This document shows positions 1 to 13,155 of a stretch of DNA of 34,144 nucleotides, piece by piece (the first letter of the stretch is position 1; each line of letters starts with the position of its first letter). Below the pieces are notes generated by a model. It saw only the letters and a list, made by a program, of their open reading frames with translations, did no database searches and was not told where the DNA came from. The DNA lies in assembly GCF_004010195.1 (NCBI RefSeq), contig NC_057751.1, positions 12,381,508 to 12,415,651 on the forward strand, given 5' to 3'. The translations under genes and the position numbers were made by a program. Source of the DNA: Chiloscyllium plagiosum (lineage: Eukaryota).

Positions 1-489
1 ACAAGTTGTCTTTATTGCTAAACATGTAAATAGAAACTTCAAAGAAAATACAGTAATATAAAATTTACAGTGATATGGGGAAAGAGTAATGAGAGGTTAT
101 AAACTGTGGCTATCCCTTTAAGTCAAACTTCAAATCCCCATTGATGTCTTACCTTCAAAGCAGCAGGCTGCTCTTTGGGAGAGAGTGCCAAGTCAACTGT
201 TTTGCATTGCAATGTCATATAACCACATTTATGAGTGCTAGTGGGCATTTTCCAGGACAATCTTTCCCCTGAGTGTGGGTCCAGATGACTGGTCCCATGG
301 CACTTCAACTCATTGTTCCCAGATGGCATCTAGTATGAGACACAGTCTAAACTAGCATTCCAATTCAAGACCCTTGCTCAATCTTGGGCATCTTGCAGCT
401 CATTTAGTCTGTGAATATGCAGCTAAAATGTGCCTTCTGCCTCCCCAGTCCCTAGCATGTTGAAGTAAACAAGACCCTGAACAGTGGTT

Positions 490-740
490 GTGGAGAGGAC
501 TTTTTTTCTCTGAAGGGTGAGTCCAGAACTCAGGAAAAACGTTTTAGGGAAGAAATTAGGAGAATTTTTTTTTCTCTCTCAGAAGGTTGTAGAGGTGGGG
601 TGATTCAATATTTTTAAGGAAGAGATAGATTCTTGGAGGGTAAGGGAAGCATAGCTTATCAGGAGTGGATGGAAATATGGAATTTAAATCACAAACAGAT
701 CAGCCGTTATCTGATTGATGAACAAAATGCAACTGCTCTA
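490..740 (+). mobile_element. Degenerate CR1 LINE 3' end fragment
   Basis: Motifs resembling the CR1 ORF2 end and 3' UTR (aggagaatttttt..ctcagaaggttgt, tttaaggaagagatagattc, gatcagccgttatctgattg). Confidence 0.6.
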
Positions 741-1604
741 GCACAGTTGTGAAGGTGCTTATCTGATCCTTCATCCCTTTGCTGGCTCTTTGAAAGCATT
801 GTCTAGTTTAGTCCCAGAGTTCACCTGTTTCCCAAAAACTTGAAAATTAATCTTCCTCAAATGCATGCCCGATCCAGTTGTCTTTTACTTGAGAGAAATG
901 ATTTGGAAAGTAGCGGATATTTCTCCTTCAGGCTCCTTAATGCAGACAGTTGTTGGAATAAAGATGCTAACTGACGGAGGAAAGCATTAGGGAATTAAGG
1001 AGCGCAGTAGGTGATCAGTATCTGACATATGAAGGTGGCTGCTCACCACAAAGATATCTGGATAACTGAATTGTATTGAGAGATAGCAACTTAGCATAAT
1101 GAGCATTCGACCAGTGCAAACACCTAAATGTGAAAATATTCCACATTCCAAGTTGGAAATGTAATAAGAAGTGGCAGAATTGCACAGTGCTCAGTAGCCT
1201 TGCAGGACAAGGAAAATTGTGTAAATGATGCCCAGCATTCCCCATTAGCTCAACACTGAACTGATGGGTTTGATTCTTTCTGGTTAGTTAGATATGACCT
1301 TAATGGATGACCATATCGCCAGCGGCAACAATGATTTTCTGGAGCTTGACAATGTTTTATTTATCTTTGTTTTAAATACTAATTATGTCATTTGGTGGAG
1401 CCAGTGAAATATAACTCAAACTATACATTATACTATAAAACATCTCTTACCACTATCTGCATCTTATGGTTCGTTGCCATTTAATATGTACCAAGACTTA
1501 AAAGCAGGCACAATTTTGAATTATTCATGTTTTTATTTTTCTTTCTTTCTTTCCCTGGTCCTCTTTATCAGCCTTTTGCCTGTCATCGCACATATTACCC
1601 CAGA

Positions 1605-1730
1605 GAACATAGAGCATGGACTGTGGGTGTTGAAGAAGTGACTCACTACTGCCTTCTCAAGGAGCAGTCGGGATGAGAAATAAATGTGGGCCTCGCCAGC
1701 GGTGCCCACACCAGTGAAAGGGTGACAAAA
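1605..1730 (+). mobile_element. 3' terminal fragment of an abundant CR1/L2-group LINE (called family A here)
   Basis: catggactg..aagaag..ctcactactgccttctcaagg..gggatgagaaataaatgtgggcctcgccagcggtgcccacacc matches the 3' ends of the family A copies at 10960-11070 and, as reverse complement, 12050-12170. Confidence 0.7.
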
Positions 1731-1924
1731 AGGCATTGGCCAGGCTTCTGCTTTCTGGTGCACGGTATCACAATGTGACCATCAGCTACCTGCCATCATA
1801 AAGCAACTTGTACCCACTGTGGGTCAACTCGAAATTCTCACAAGAAGTGTTACCGCGAGGGTAGCCAAACAGGATCGCTGGGTGGCTCTGTCAAAACTTC
1901 CTGTCACAAGGAGTAGAACCTTTT

Positions 1925-3265
1925 TTTTTGTTTCAGTTCCTTCAGAATATGTGGGCTTCACTGCTGACTGAGCCAGCATTTATTTCCCCCTCTTTATTGC
2001 CCTGGAGTTGGTAGTGGTGGTCCCCTCTGTTTTTGAACCAGTACAGGCCATTGGGAATAGGAACTGTAACAATGCTTTTAAGAAAGGAGTCCAGGAGTTT
2101 GACAACAAGACTAAAAGGACAGTGATACACTTCCAAGTTAGGATGGAGAGTGGCTTGGAAGGGAATTTTCAGGTGGTGATGTTCCTAATATCCCCTGCCC
2201 TTGTGGTGGTATTGTTCATGGAATAAGAAGGTCCTTCGGCCCTTCGGCCCAACAAGTCCACACCGACCCTCCGAAGAGCAACCCACCCAGACCCATTCCC
2301 CTACATTTACCCCTTCACCTAACACTACAGGCAATTTAGCTTGGCCAATTCACCTAACCTGCACATTTTTGGACTGTGGGAGGAAACCAGAGCACTCGGA
2401 GGAAACCCACGCAGACAATGTGCAAACTCCACAGTTGCCTGAGACAGGAATTGAACCCGGGACTCTGGCGCTATGAGGCAGCAGTGCTAACCACTGTGCC
2501 ATCGTGTTCTTTGAGAAGCTCTGGTGAATTACTGTAGTGCACCTCACAGACAGGATACACTGCTACTGGGTGTCAATTGTGGAGTGATTTAATGTTTGTG
2601 AATGGAGTGCCAGTCAAGCAGGTTGCTTTGTTTTGGATGGTGTGAAGCTTTTTGAGTGTTGTTGGAGCTGTATTGACCCAGGTAGATGTGGAGTATACCA
2701 TGACATTCTTGACTTGTTCCTGATAATAATGGACAGGCTTTGGGGAGTTGGGAGGTGAGTTACTCCCTGCAGGATTCCCAGTGTCTGACCTGCCCTTAAA
2801 GCCACAGTATTTATATGCTAGGTCTTGCTGCATTTGGACATGGATGGCTTTAGCATTTGAGGAGTTGTGAGTGGTGCTGAGCATTGTGCAACCTCTGGTG
2901 AACTTCCCTGCTTCTGAGCTTATAAGGGAGAAATCATCATTGACAGAGCAGCTGAAGGTGGTTGAGCCAAGAGCATAACACTGAGGAACTCCTGCAGAAA
3001 TGTCCTGGAGCTGAGATGAATGACCTCCAACAACCATGACTGTTTTCCTTTGTGCTAGGAATGATTCCAGCCAGTAGAGAGATTTTACCTTCATTCCCAT
3101 TGACTCCAATTTTGCGAGGGCTGTTTGATAAACTCTCATCTTCCCTCTGGATTTCAACTCTTTATTTCAAATTTGGCACAAGAATGTAAGTGAAGTCAGG
3201 AGCTGAATAGTAGTCAAGCTGCACATCAGTGAGCAGGTTAATGCTGTACAAGTGCTGCTTGTGAT
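1925..3265 (-). mobile_element. Family A LINE, RT region plus 3' end, decayed and interrupted by a V-SINE
   Basis: ORF 2573..3157 has RT motifs (WLESFLAQRKTVMVVGG, ISAGVPQ..LGSTTFSCSVNDD, degenerate FADD). It is collinear with the copy at 12050-12895 except for an internal deletion near 2820. Confidence 0.85.
2230..2506 (-). mobile_element. HE1-like tRNA-derived V-SINE, variant with short internal deletions and no tail
   Basis: Reverse complement shows A box tggcacagtggtt, B box ggttcaattcc and the V-domain (tctgcgtgggtttcctccg..ggtttcctcccacagtccaaa). Closely similar to 23400-23713. Confidence 0.92.
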
Positions 3266-3387
3266 AATTGACTATGTTGTATCTGGCCTTTTTATATGTC
3301 AGACTTCTGTGTTTGGTAGATGCCGGTGTTGGAAGTGACTTGGTTAAATTCACACAACACCAGGTTCTCGTCCAACAGGTTTATTTG

Positions 3388-3425
3388 GAAGTGCTAGCTT
3401 TCAGAACTTCTTCGTCAGGTAGCTG
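3388..3425 (-). ncRNA. Minimal hammerhead ribozyme core in the Penelope-like terminus, degenerate
   Basis: Minus strand reads CTGACGA-AGAAGTTCT-GAAA-GCTA: CUGANGA core, short stem II, GAAA and the palindromic AGCU typical of minimal PLE hammerheads. Stem I has a mismatch. Confidence 0.6.
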
Positions 3426-3835
3426 GTGGGGCAGGATCAAAAGACTCAGAATTTATAGTAAAAGATCAAAGTGTCATGCAACTGATGTGATGCACTGAAC
3501 AAACCTAGATTGCAGTTAGGCCTTTCATCTTTTAGAGTGATTACATGTTTTGATTCATTAATGTGTAAATTCCAGAACTTCTTTCAAATCACATTCCCAA
3601 GATAACTTAAGGTTTTATAAAAAAAAAGGTGACATCTCAGCACAGACAATGCGCTAAAGGTATGAGGTTAGTCTGTCCGTATTCCAACCTTGAGTCAGAC
3701 TAGTTTAATTTCCATATCGGAGTTTATAAAATGTCACATGGATTGACTGCCTGCAGATTGTGTTCTTTTTGAGCTAAATAGAATATATCTGCAAATACAA
3801 TTCTGCAAATGCAGATTCACTCCATAGACTTATTT

Positions 3836-3992
3836 GCATGTGCGTGTGTGCATGTGAGGGAGGGAGAGAGACTGTATGCATCCCTATGACAGAGTACATG
3901 TGTGTGTGTGTGTGAGACTAAGAGAGAGAGACTGTGTGTATAAGAGAAAGTGTGTGTGTGTGTGTCTGAGAGAATGTGTAGTGTAGTGTGAC
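3836..3992. repeat. Compound (GT)n/(GA)n microsatellite inside the Penelope-like element
   Basis: Visible gtgtgt and gagaga runs. Confidence 0.9.
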
Positions 3993-4299
3993 ATGAACCC
4001 CAGGTCCTGGTTGAGGCCATCCTCATGGATAACGAACTTGGCTATGAGCCTCTGCTCGGTCACTCTTTATTGTTGAGTGTCCCAGATTCCGCCTTGGAGG
4101 ACAGTCACCCAAAGATCCGAGGCCAAATATCCCCGACTGCTGAAATATTCCCTGACTGGGAGGGAACATCCCTGTCTGGCAATAGTTGCGTGGTGTCCAT
4201 TTATTCATTGTTGTAACGTCTGCAATGTACCATGCGTCTGGACATCCTTTCCTGCATCGTACAAGATAGACAATGTTGGCCAAGTCACATGAGTACTTG

Positions 4300-5292
4300 C
4301 CGTGTATGATGAAGGCAATGTTGTTACATGAATTTCAGTAAGATCTTTAACAATGTCCCACATCAAGGCTGGTCGAAAAGGTACAAGCCCTTGAGATCCA
4401 AGGCATGGTGGCAAAGTGGATCCAAAATTAGCTGACAAATAGTTGGCAAAGAATGATGGAGGGTTGTTTTTCAGATTGGAAACCTGAGATTAACAGTGTA
4501 CCATGGGAATTGGTGCTGGGATCCTTGCTGTTTGTTCTCTGCATCAACAACTTGAATGTGAATGTAGAAGGTATAATTAGTAAGTTTGCAAGTAATATAA
4601 AAATTGGCATTATTGATGATAATAAGGGGGATGGTCAGGCTGCAGTCTGATATTGATCAGCTAGTAAATTGGGCAGAACAATCGCAGATGAATTTAAATC
4701 CAGTAAGTGTGAGCTGATGCATTTTGAGGTGTCTAAAAAGGGAAGGATATGCATCATGAGTGGTTGGTCCTGAGGGAGTGCTGAGAAACAAAGACATTTT
4801 GATGAACAAGTCCATATGTGTCAGCATAGGTAGACAGGGTGGTGAAGAAGGCATACAATATGCTTAATTAGCTGGCCGTAGCAAGGGATGTCTTGTTCCA
4901 ACTTTGTGAAATTTTGGTTCGGCCACAGATGGGATACTATGTATATTTCTGGTCGCCACACTATCAGAAAGACATAGCAACACCATAGAGGGTACAGAGG
5001 AGATTCACTCAGGCCGGAGGTCATGCGTTTAATGTGGGGAGCCAATTGTTTGAAGGAGATCTGAGGAAAAGCTTTTTTACCCAGAGGGAAGTAAATGCTG
5101 CTTGAAAGGGTGATAGTGGCAAGTATTCTCAGAACATTTAAGAAGCATTTGGACGAGTACTTAAAACGCCAAGACATGGTTTGCTATGGACCTAGTGCAG
5201 GTAAATGGGAATATAGTGTAATTTTGTTTTTGTTGGCCAGCGTAGACATGGGCCCAATGGGCCTGTTGCTAATGTTGTATGGTTCTATGACT
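4300..5292 (+). mobile_element. Old CR1 LINE, RT domain to 3' end, with many stops and indels
   Basis: Degenerate DFSKAFDKVPH near 4325-4365. ORF 4453..4650 SVPWELVLGSLLFVLCINNL..ISKFA resembles GVPQGSVLGPLLF..INDL..KFADD. ORF 5095 has FKKHLDEYL..YGPSAGKW. Tail ggttctatgact. Confidence 0.88.
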
Positions 5293-7798
5293 AACAACAG
5301 TGAGGAGATAATGTCCTTACTGTGCAGAGCAAGTAGCCTGTTGGTGTGCACAAGGTCCAGGCATTGAGCGAGAAAGATGAGTCCAAAAGATTTGGACAGA
5401 AATCTCTAGTCATGTTTATGAAACACAGATACAGAAGCTGCTAGAAAGGTATTAAACTGTGCATTCTACTGGCAAAAATGAAAAGTCCTGCAAAATGAAA
5501 ACAAATGAGTCGGCCAGCAAAATTAAATAATCAAAACTGAAATGAGCTTATAAATAACCAATGTCTCCAGAAGAATCAAACACAAAAATAACAATGTAAA
5601 ATTCAACTGGGTAAATCAACAGGTACTATTGTTGAGGTAATGTTTACTGCAGGAGGTATACATGGAGCTGTGTGAAAAACTTTCAGAGAAAGAATTAAAG
5701 GGACAGTTCTGGATTAGGTGAATGCATTCAGATAGTGGAGTATGGCATCCAACCTTCCAATCTTCCAGAAACCAACAGATTTGTCATTTATGGAGCTATA
5801 AAGATAATGACATCTTGTTATTTCCAGTTGAAGTGATTTCCCAAAAGTGTTTCCAGGTAGTTCTATGTGCACCCTTTTATGCTTGGACCCAATGTTGCAA
5901 TGAAAGAGCAGAACCTGAATCCAAGAGGACATTTACTTTTTCTTTCAAAACTGAGAAACTGAGTAGAAAATTCAAATTCTCTGATTCTTCACTCTCTGTA
6001 ATCATATACTGTTTGGTACCTCCTGAGGGCGCCAATAATAATGAGCAAAGTAGGAGAGAAAATAAATCAGGATGTTGTAATTAGCTGGTGCCAGCTCTCG
6101 GTTCAACAACTCACACACTATTGGTTTGTTTTTACAAGGAGGATAATTGCACTGATGAAGTGCTTCTCCAAACACTGATGTACAACTACTTTAAGAATTA
6201 TTTGCAGTTCCATAATTGCCCTGATCTTGGCAGTGAACATGATTATCTACTTTTTCCTGGGGTTGATGCTGAATGCTTATTTAGGCTCAATTCTTCGGTT
6301 GGGAGGTTTTGAGTTACCTGTGAAACATGTGTTCTGAGCTTTGTATTGCTCTTGAAATGAGCAGGTGATTCTCAGCAGATAGCATAACAGCTTAATGTAT
6401 CTCCCTTGTCTCTGTGCTGCTCTGCATCAAGCAGCTGACATGTTTGACTCTAAAATACACTGACAATAATCTGATGGCCCCAGTTTATACTTTGATAAGT
6501 TGATATCACTACACCCACAAGTAACAGCAGAACTCCAGTTGTAGTTGAAGTGAAAAATGACTTACCAACGCAGAAATAATTGTCTTTGGCTGCACTAGTT
6601 TTTCAAAAATGATCCATTGAGATGTAGTCAATCAAATGTTATCTCTCACATCGTTGACTATTTGCAGCTCAGCATTATTATCAGCAGAAAAACATCAAAG
6701 TAAAATTATTTCATGTAATGCAATACTGCATGTGACTAACTCAGTTGTTTAATAATACTCATCATAATTCTTATACTTCCATTGAATTGAATTCTGTATC
6801 TTGCATGATGTTAACTTTTTTTCATTCCAAACAGATAAATGGATGAAGTTTGAAGAACTGTTTGTGTCAATTGATGTAGGAATCAGAGTCCATTATTATG
6901 AGTGTTTGTACATTTAGTTTACAAAGTTCACTTCAACTTTGAAAATCTCTCTGCTGATTTGCGTCAGGGTGGATGCAGTGCTTTGGAGCAGCAGCATGCA
7001 ATCTTTTCATTTGGTGAGATGTTGAGTTTGTAATCTCTCTAGCACTCCGCTGAACTGTTTTTCACAGTGGGGCAGAAAAGGCCAATGGATATTCTTGAAA
7101 TGTCAAAAAGGGCTTGCTCCAGGAAGAGATTGAGCACTTGTTCTCCTATCTGTGGTTGTCCCATTATCTGAGCAGAACTGAAAAGGTGAGAACAATGAGG
7201 GCAATACTGGAAAATAGCTCTACTTAATGAATGATTGCCTTCACTTATTTCTCTTCCACAGTCTCTGATAGTTCAGTTCTGACAGAGTTGGAAAAGAGAG
7301 AGATCATTGTGAAATCTATAAAACTAGAGCTGAATAGTCTTAAGTGCTGTGAAGAAAGGTCTCTTGAGTGTCAAGGAGCATTGAAAGAAGAAACACACTG
7401 TCCCATGATTGACAAGAGTTCTCGGCTGTTCTCTGCTCTTTTAGAATAAGACTTGGAGTGATTGATCCTGATTCTACTTGACCCATCAGACAAGTTGTAA
7501 AATTCATAGAATGGTCTCGAAAGAAGGTGAGGAGAAAATGGTGAGGCAAGTGGAATGGGTGGGAAGAGGAGTTGAAGTTGGGGGGGGGCGTAGGGAATTG
7601 TGGAGGAAGAAAAACAGCTGCAACTTTGGACACCTGCTGTCAGGATAAGCTCTCAACATGTGGTCAATGTCTGGAGTCCCATATTTCCTATGTGATCAAA
7701 CACACACGTTTCCAACGTAGTGATAGATTTCCACATATGACAATTCTCCCCACCTCACACTGAGCAACAGTGAAAGAAGCAAAATGATTCTCTGACAC

Positions 7799-7912
7799 TT
7801 AAGACCATAAGATATCAGAGCAGAATTAGGCCATTCAGCCCACTGAGTCTGCTTGACCACTTGCTCATGGCTAATATGTTTCTAACCCTATCTCCAGCCT
7901 TCTCCCTGCAAT
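7799..7912 (-). mobile_element. CR1 3' end fragment
   Basis: aagaccataagatatcagagcagaattaggccattcagccc is the reverse complement of a CR1 3' tail. A similar motif is at 27265-27310. Confidence 0.7.
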
Positions 7913-9985
7913 ATGAGTGTTGGCACTTTCATGAAGTCTCTTTCCTCATGTATAGCAATATAAAACAAATAATTTCAACAAGAAAACCTATTGCACAGCT
8001 ATTTTACTTGATGCTGTCTGAAATGCCTCAGTCTGTTTAATGAGATACTTCCCGGAGCTGTAGAAGGAAATAATCTAAATTATAAATCGGTGATTCAGAA
8101 AGCTGGAGTTCACTGTGCTTTAGGACCACACATATTGTAACTCTCCCTCAATTTGCAGTTGTTCCTTTTGCTGAGAACTCCCTTCCTGTGTTTAATAATC
8201 ACTTTCATTTTGCAATAACTAACATGTGGCGTAGGAACTGGATGAGTTACTCTTCAGTTGCAGAAACTGCCCCATTACATATTAGGTTTCAACTTGTTCA
8301 GGAAGGTTGATTTCAGACAGTAACACACAGAAACTAAAATCTTTTCCTGTTTGTTTCTTTTTAACTTTTATTGTGAGTTAAATGTGTCAGTAGAGTTCCC
8401 AACTACTGCCTGCCCCCATGAAAATCTTGGTGAGTCAGAAGGAGAGCGTTTAATGAGCTTCCTAATGATCTGAATGTGCCTAATTAGCAAGTTGGGTAAC
8501 TTGTACTTTCCTGCACACCATTCCACCCCCAACCCTCATCCTCTCTCTGGCCGTTAATCGTCCAGATTTGGGGTAAGATCATTACCATTGAGTGAGACTA
8601 ATACTCACATTGAAATTACTTTTTGTCATTTGGAATGCCTTGCCTCACACAGTGATTTTGTTTCATTCTGATCCATCAATTATGGAGAGTAGAAGGAGGG
8701 AGGGAATAAATAGAGATAATCAGTCACAATTCATTGCACACTATAACATAGTCAATGGCTTGTCTTTTGGGGTACCTTATTTTAAGGACATAAATTAAGT
8801 TGATTGTTCTGACAGACCTAAAATGAGATGAAATTACTTGGAATAAAATACAAAATAGGCAAAAGTTTCTGTCTTTTATTAAAAAAATCTATGCCCATTT
8901 TCCACAAGTATTCAGTTTGCAGGCTATAGTCCAAAAAGGAATGCCGGAGTGAACACTGTAAGATTTCAGACATCCTTGTGCAGAACCTTTTCTTGCTATA
9001 TGGCTGATATGATTTGTTTAAACAATCCAGCCTGCAATCTTGGCATTTAACCAGCCCACAAGCTATTTAATGTTTCATGCTCCATACAACTGGGTGTTAT
9101 CGCTCAATTGAACATAAAAACATAAAGCGCCACAAAAAATGTTGAACCCAGTAGCAGTTAAACTGTACAAAATATTTTGTGTCTTTAGATAATCTATGTG
9201 CAATCACATTTCCGTTGAGTTGGAGCAGACAAGAGAGTCGACTTTCTATTATCTTTTGTTATTTGAACCCAGAATATTGAGCAGAATTTGGAATTATGTT
9301 ACAAGTTTCGTGCACAGCTCAAATAATTTCAGAGGCTAGTGAAGTACTTGTTATCCACTTAACATTCTGCAGTTCTCTGCTATTTAACAAAGAACCATCA
9401 AGTAATTAATCAGTTCCATATGCTTCTTGGGCCTTTGTACATAATTCTGAATACAAAGGGTCATGGTCAGAAAGTGTTAGACATATTGCAACAGTAATTA
9501 AATGCAGGGAACTGTGATTAGCTTCAGGAGTGAGTCAGTATGAAAATAAACTGCCTTGTTCATGTCACTTGTAAAAGACTCACCATGAAACACAGGCCAG
9601 AGGGAGTGCTATGATGTTGAGAGTACAATTGTTCATTCAGCTGAGAGTGTAACCTCTGAGGTCAACTGCCTATGTGGCCCATGTGGGTTCGAGGACACAA
9701 AAGTTAGATGCTATTGCAGTGTCCTGACAACCACTTGCTCCTGAATTGACATGACTTACAACAGTTTTGTGATTGCCATTGGCATTCAATCCAAAATGAA
9801 AGCCACTGTGTTCCAGAACAATACATTCAATGTAAAATTCTTCGAGATATTTCTGTGGTATATAAAACAACACAATGTAAATATTCATCTTTCAAATGAA
9901 GTTAATTTTATGAAACTGGCAAGGTTTTATCAAGTCAATTTTCCCACCAAATTATTGGCAAAGCCTCAGACGGAGGAACATTCAG

Positions 9986-11072
9986 GCCACACAAGTGCCT
10001 GGCGATGACCATCTCCAAGAAAATCTGACCATTGTGCCTTGACTTTCAATGGTATTATCATTGCTGAATCTTAAACTATCAACATTCTGGGGGCTTACCA
10101 TTAACCAGAAAGTGAACTGAACGAGCCAGGTGAGGAATATATTGATTAGCCGGTCAGAGCCTTGGAATTCTGCGATAAGTAACTCACATCCTGTCTCCCC
10201 AAAACCTGTGCACCAGTTAGATTTTTTTTTAGATTAGATTAGATTAGACTTACAGTGTGGAAACAGGCCCTTCGGCCCAACAAGTCCACACCGACCCGCC
10301 GAAGCGCAACCCACCCATACCCCTATATTTACCCCTTTACCTAACACTAAGGGCAATTTAGCATGGCCAATTCACCTGACCTGCACATCTTTGGACTGTG
10401 GGAGGAAACCGGAGCACCCGGAGGAAACCCACGCAGACACGGGGAGAACGTGCAAACTCCACACAGTCAGTCGCCTGAGTCGGGAATTGAACCCGGGTCT
10501 CTGGTGCTGTGAGGCAGCAGTGCTAACCACTGTGCCACCGTGGTTGAATGTTATATCGCAGAAGTCAGGAATATAATGAAATGTACCCCACTTGCTTGAA
10601 TGATTGCATTTTCAAAAACACTCAAGCAACTCAACACCATCTGGGACAAAGTTGATTGGCACCTGATTCACCACTTTCAACATTCACCCCCTCCATCACA
10701 AATGCACAGTGGCAGCAGTATGTACCATCCGCAAGATACACTGCAGCAACTTATCCAGGCTCCTTTAATAGTACCTTCCAAATTTATAATCTTTACCAAA
10801 AGGCAAAAGTAGCAGATATATGGGAAAACCACCATCTCAAAGGTAGCTTCCAAGCCATACTCCATCCTGATTTGGACCTATTATTGCTGTTCCTTCACTC
10901 TTGGTGGGTCAAAATCTGAAGCCACCTTCCTAACAGCTTTATTGGTGTATTCTCACACCAAGGAGCATTGAAGGAACACAGCTCACCACCACACTCTCAA
11001 GGGCAATATGGGATGAACAATAAATGTTGGCCGAGCAGTCATGTCTCGATCTGATGTGAAATTAAAAGAAAT
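9986..11072 (+). mobile_element. Family A LINE 3' portion interrupted by a V-SINE
   Basis: Reverse-complement match to 12050-12780 on both sides of the SINE. Ends in gggcaatatgggatgaacaataaatgttggcc. Confidence 0.85.
10217..10542 (-). mobile_element. HE1-like V-SINE, near full length, with (AATCT)n tail
   Basis: Reverse complement of the 23400-23713 copy with few differences. Tail agattagattagattag. Confidence 0.95.
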
Positions 11073-11164
11073 AATTTTGCACTCAGTTCTAAGCACTTCA
11101 TGAATGACGTCAAATCCTTAAAGAGAAGATTTAATGGAATTACACTTGGGGTGAAATGTCTTTA

Positions 11165-11578
11165 CTTATGCAAAGGATTGGTGATGCTGCTTTACTTTTT
11201 CGCATAGAGTAGAGAATATTAAGAGGAGAGTTAATTGAAAACTTCAACTCTCCAGAGGGCTTCGTTAGTGTATACAAGGGGAAACAGTTTTCACTGGCAC
11301 ACAATTGCAAAACAGTGGTCACAGGTTCAAAATGTTTGGCAAGAGGAGAACATAGATGGTTTTTTTAATTGCACAAAGATTTTGTGATCTGAAATTCACA
11401 TGATGAATTGATGAATGAAGCAAACTGAATTATCATATCAAAATCGACTTTGATATATAGATGAAAATAAAAGGTTTGCAGTGCTATGGACAAAGAGGGG
11501 AGTAACACAGCTGAGCTGATGCAAAAGAATAATATCCTGAATGATCTCCAACTGTGCTGTAAGATGTTTGATTTTTAT
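11165..11578 (+). mobile_element. Highly decayed CR1 3' end
   Basis: Remnants such as taagaggagagttaattgaa, ggtcacaggttcaaaatgtttggcaagagg, tttgcagtgctatgg and ctgtgctgtaagat. Confidence 0.6.
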
Positions 11579-12049
11579 GATTGATTTTTGCTTGGTGTTT
11601 TAAGAAAACTTGTCGGAAAGGATTCACAGTGAAAAAGAACAAAAGGAGAAACTGCAAATAAATGAATAAAAAATAATTATGAAGAAACATAGCATTCTCA
11701 GGGCTTGCATTTTTCTGTCTGATCCTACATGACTTATTTGCTGGCAGCAACATTTCAAATCATGAAAGATATTATTGCAATAAATTCCAAACAAGAATTT
11801 GAAGGAAAGTAGAGTTTAGTAAAACAGCTATCTTCAGCCGTAAAATTCTGATTTGAAATTCCATCTGAGCTGGGTCTTATGCTTTATTCATATAGTGCGA
11901 GGAATGTTATTAAAAATGTTGTTTTTGTTATAGGTGGTTTGTGTGAGAAATTGCAAGCCAGCTGTGTCAGCATTTTGTTAGATTAACAACTAAAAACAAA
12001 ATTAAAACATAATATGCCAGGAGTAGAACTGGGTGCACAGCATTTTAAA

Positions 12050-12895
12050 CTTTTTTTAACTCAATTGTGGAATATTGGCATCATTGGCTGGGCTGACAAT
12101 TTATTGCTTGTCCCTTGTTGCCCTTCAGAAGGTAGTGTTGAGTTGCCTTCTTGAATCGCTGCAGTCCACTTGCTGTAGATTGCCCACAATGCCATTAGGA
12201 AGCAAATTCCAACGGCAGTGAAAAAACATTACTATATTTCCAAATTAGGATGGCAAGTGACTTGAAGGGAATGGCATTCCCATGTGTCTGCTGCCCTTAT
12301 CCTTTTAGATTGAAGTGCTCATGTGGTTGGAAGATGCTATCTTAGGATCTTTGGTGAATTTCTGCGAGGCATCTTGTAGATCATATGCACCACTGCTACT
12401 AAGTGTCTGTGGTGGACAGTACGGATGCTCGTGTATGTGATTCCAGTCAAGCAGGTTAAGCTTCTTAAGTGCTATTAGAGCTGCAGTCAACCAGGCCAAT
12501 GGGGAGTATTCAGTCACGCTCTTAGCTTGTGCCTTGTCACCGGTGGACAAGATTTGGGCGTCAGGAGGTGAGTTACTTGCCACAGTATTCCTAGCTTCTG
12601 ACATGCTCTTGTAGTTTCTGTATTCTTGTGGCACATCCCGTTGAGTTTCTGGTCAATGCTAACCCCAATGATGTTGACAGTGGCCGATTCAGTGATGGTA
12701 GCAACACTAAATGCCAAGAGGCCATGGTTAGATTGTGTCTTATTGGAGTCGGTCATTGACTGGCATTTGTGTGGCATGAATATTATTTGCAACTTGTCAG
12801 CCCAAACATAGATATTGTTCGCAACTTCTTACATTTGAACATGCGCTGCTTCCCTGTCTGAGGAGTTGCTAATGGTGCTGAACATTGTGCAATCA
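12050..12895 (-). mobile_element. Family A LINE, RT C-terminal region and 3' end
   Basis: ORF 12514..12792 (FMPHKCQSM..VNIIGVSIDQKL..ACQKLGIL) is RT thumb-like. Collinear with the other family A copies. Confidence 0.88.
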
Positions 12896-13029
12896 GGGAC
12901 TTTTTATCTTTGATACTTGAACATATAATCAAATTGTAACATTCCAGACTTTGTAATCTTTTTATGGGATCACAAAACTAGCTTGATAAAGTAAATAGTT
13001 TGGTTCTTTTTACTTCTTCTTCTTTGCAG

Positions 13030-13155
13030 ATAATTCAGCGCTGTGTTCCGTGTCTCCAACATCTAGTATTGACAACCCTGTGGGATGGGTGTGGCGTCTC
13101 AGGAACTGAAGGCCCAGCTCCAGGACATTGCTGTGTCTAACCGTGGAGGAAAGTT
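13030..13155 (+). other. Candidate spliced exon, 126 nt, possibly containing a start codon (MGVASQELKAQLQDIAVSNRGGK..)
   Basis: Long polypyrimidine acceptor ttctttttacttcttcttctttgcag, donor TT|gtaagg, higher GC and retained CpGs. ATG at 13085 in the context gggATGG, open to the donor. No homolog recognised. Confidence 0.5.

Larger units (their letters stand above)
3315..4292 (-). mobile_element. Penelope-like retroelement 3' part: GIY-YIG endonuclease remnant, (CA/CT)n tract and terminal repeat
   Basis: ORF 4023..4283 begins ANIVYLVRCRKGCPDAWYIA, a GIY-YIG (VY..C..C..WYIG) motif. The terminus at 3319-3420 matches the Penelope end repeated at 17461-17660. Confidence 0.85.

Noticed and set aside
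148..275. Minus-strand exon-like segment ending AAG|gtaaga
   Set aside because: Weak acceptor, unrecognised peptide and no supporting partner exons.
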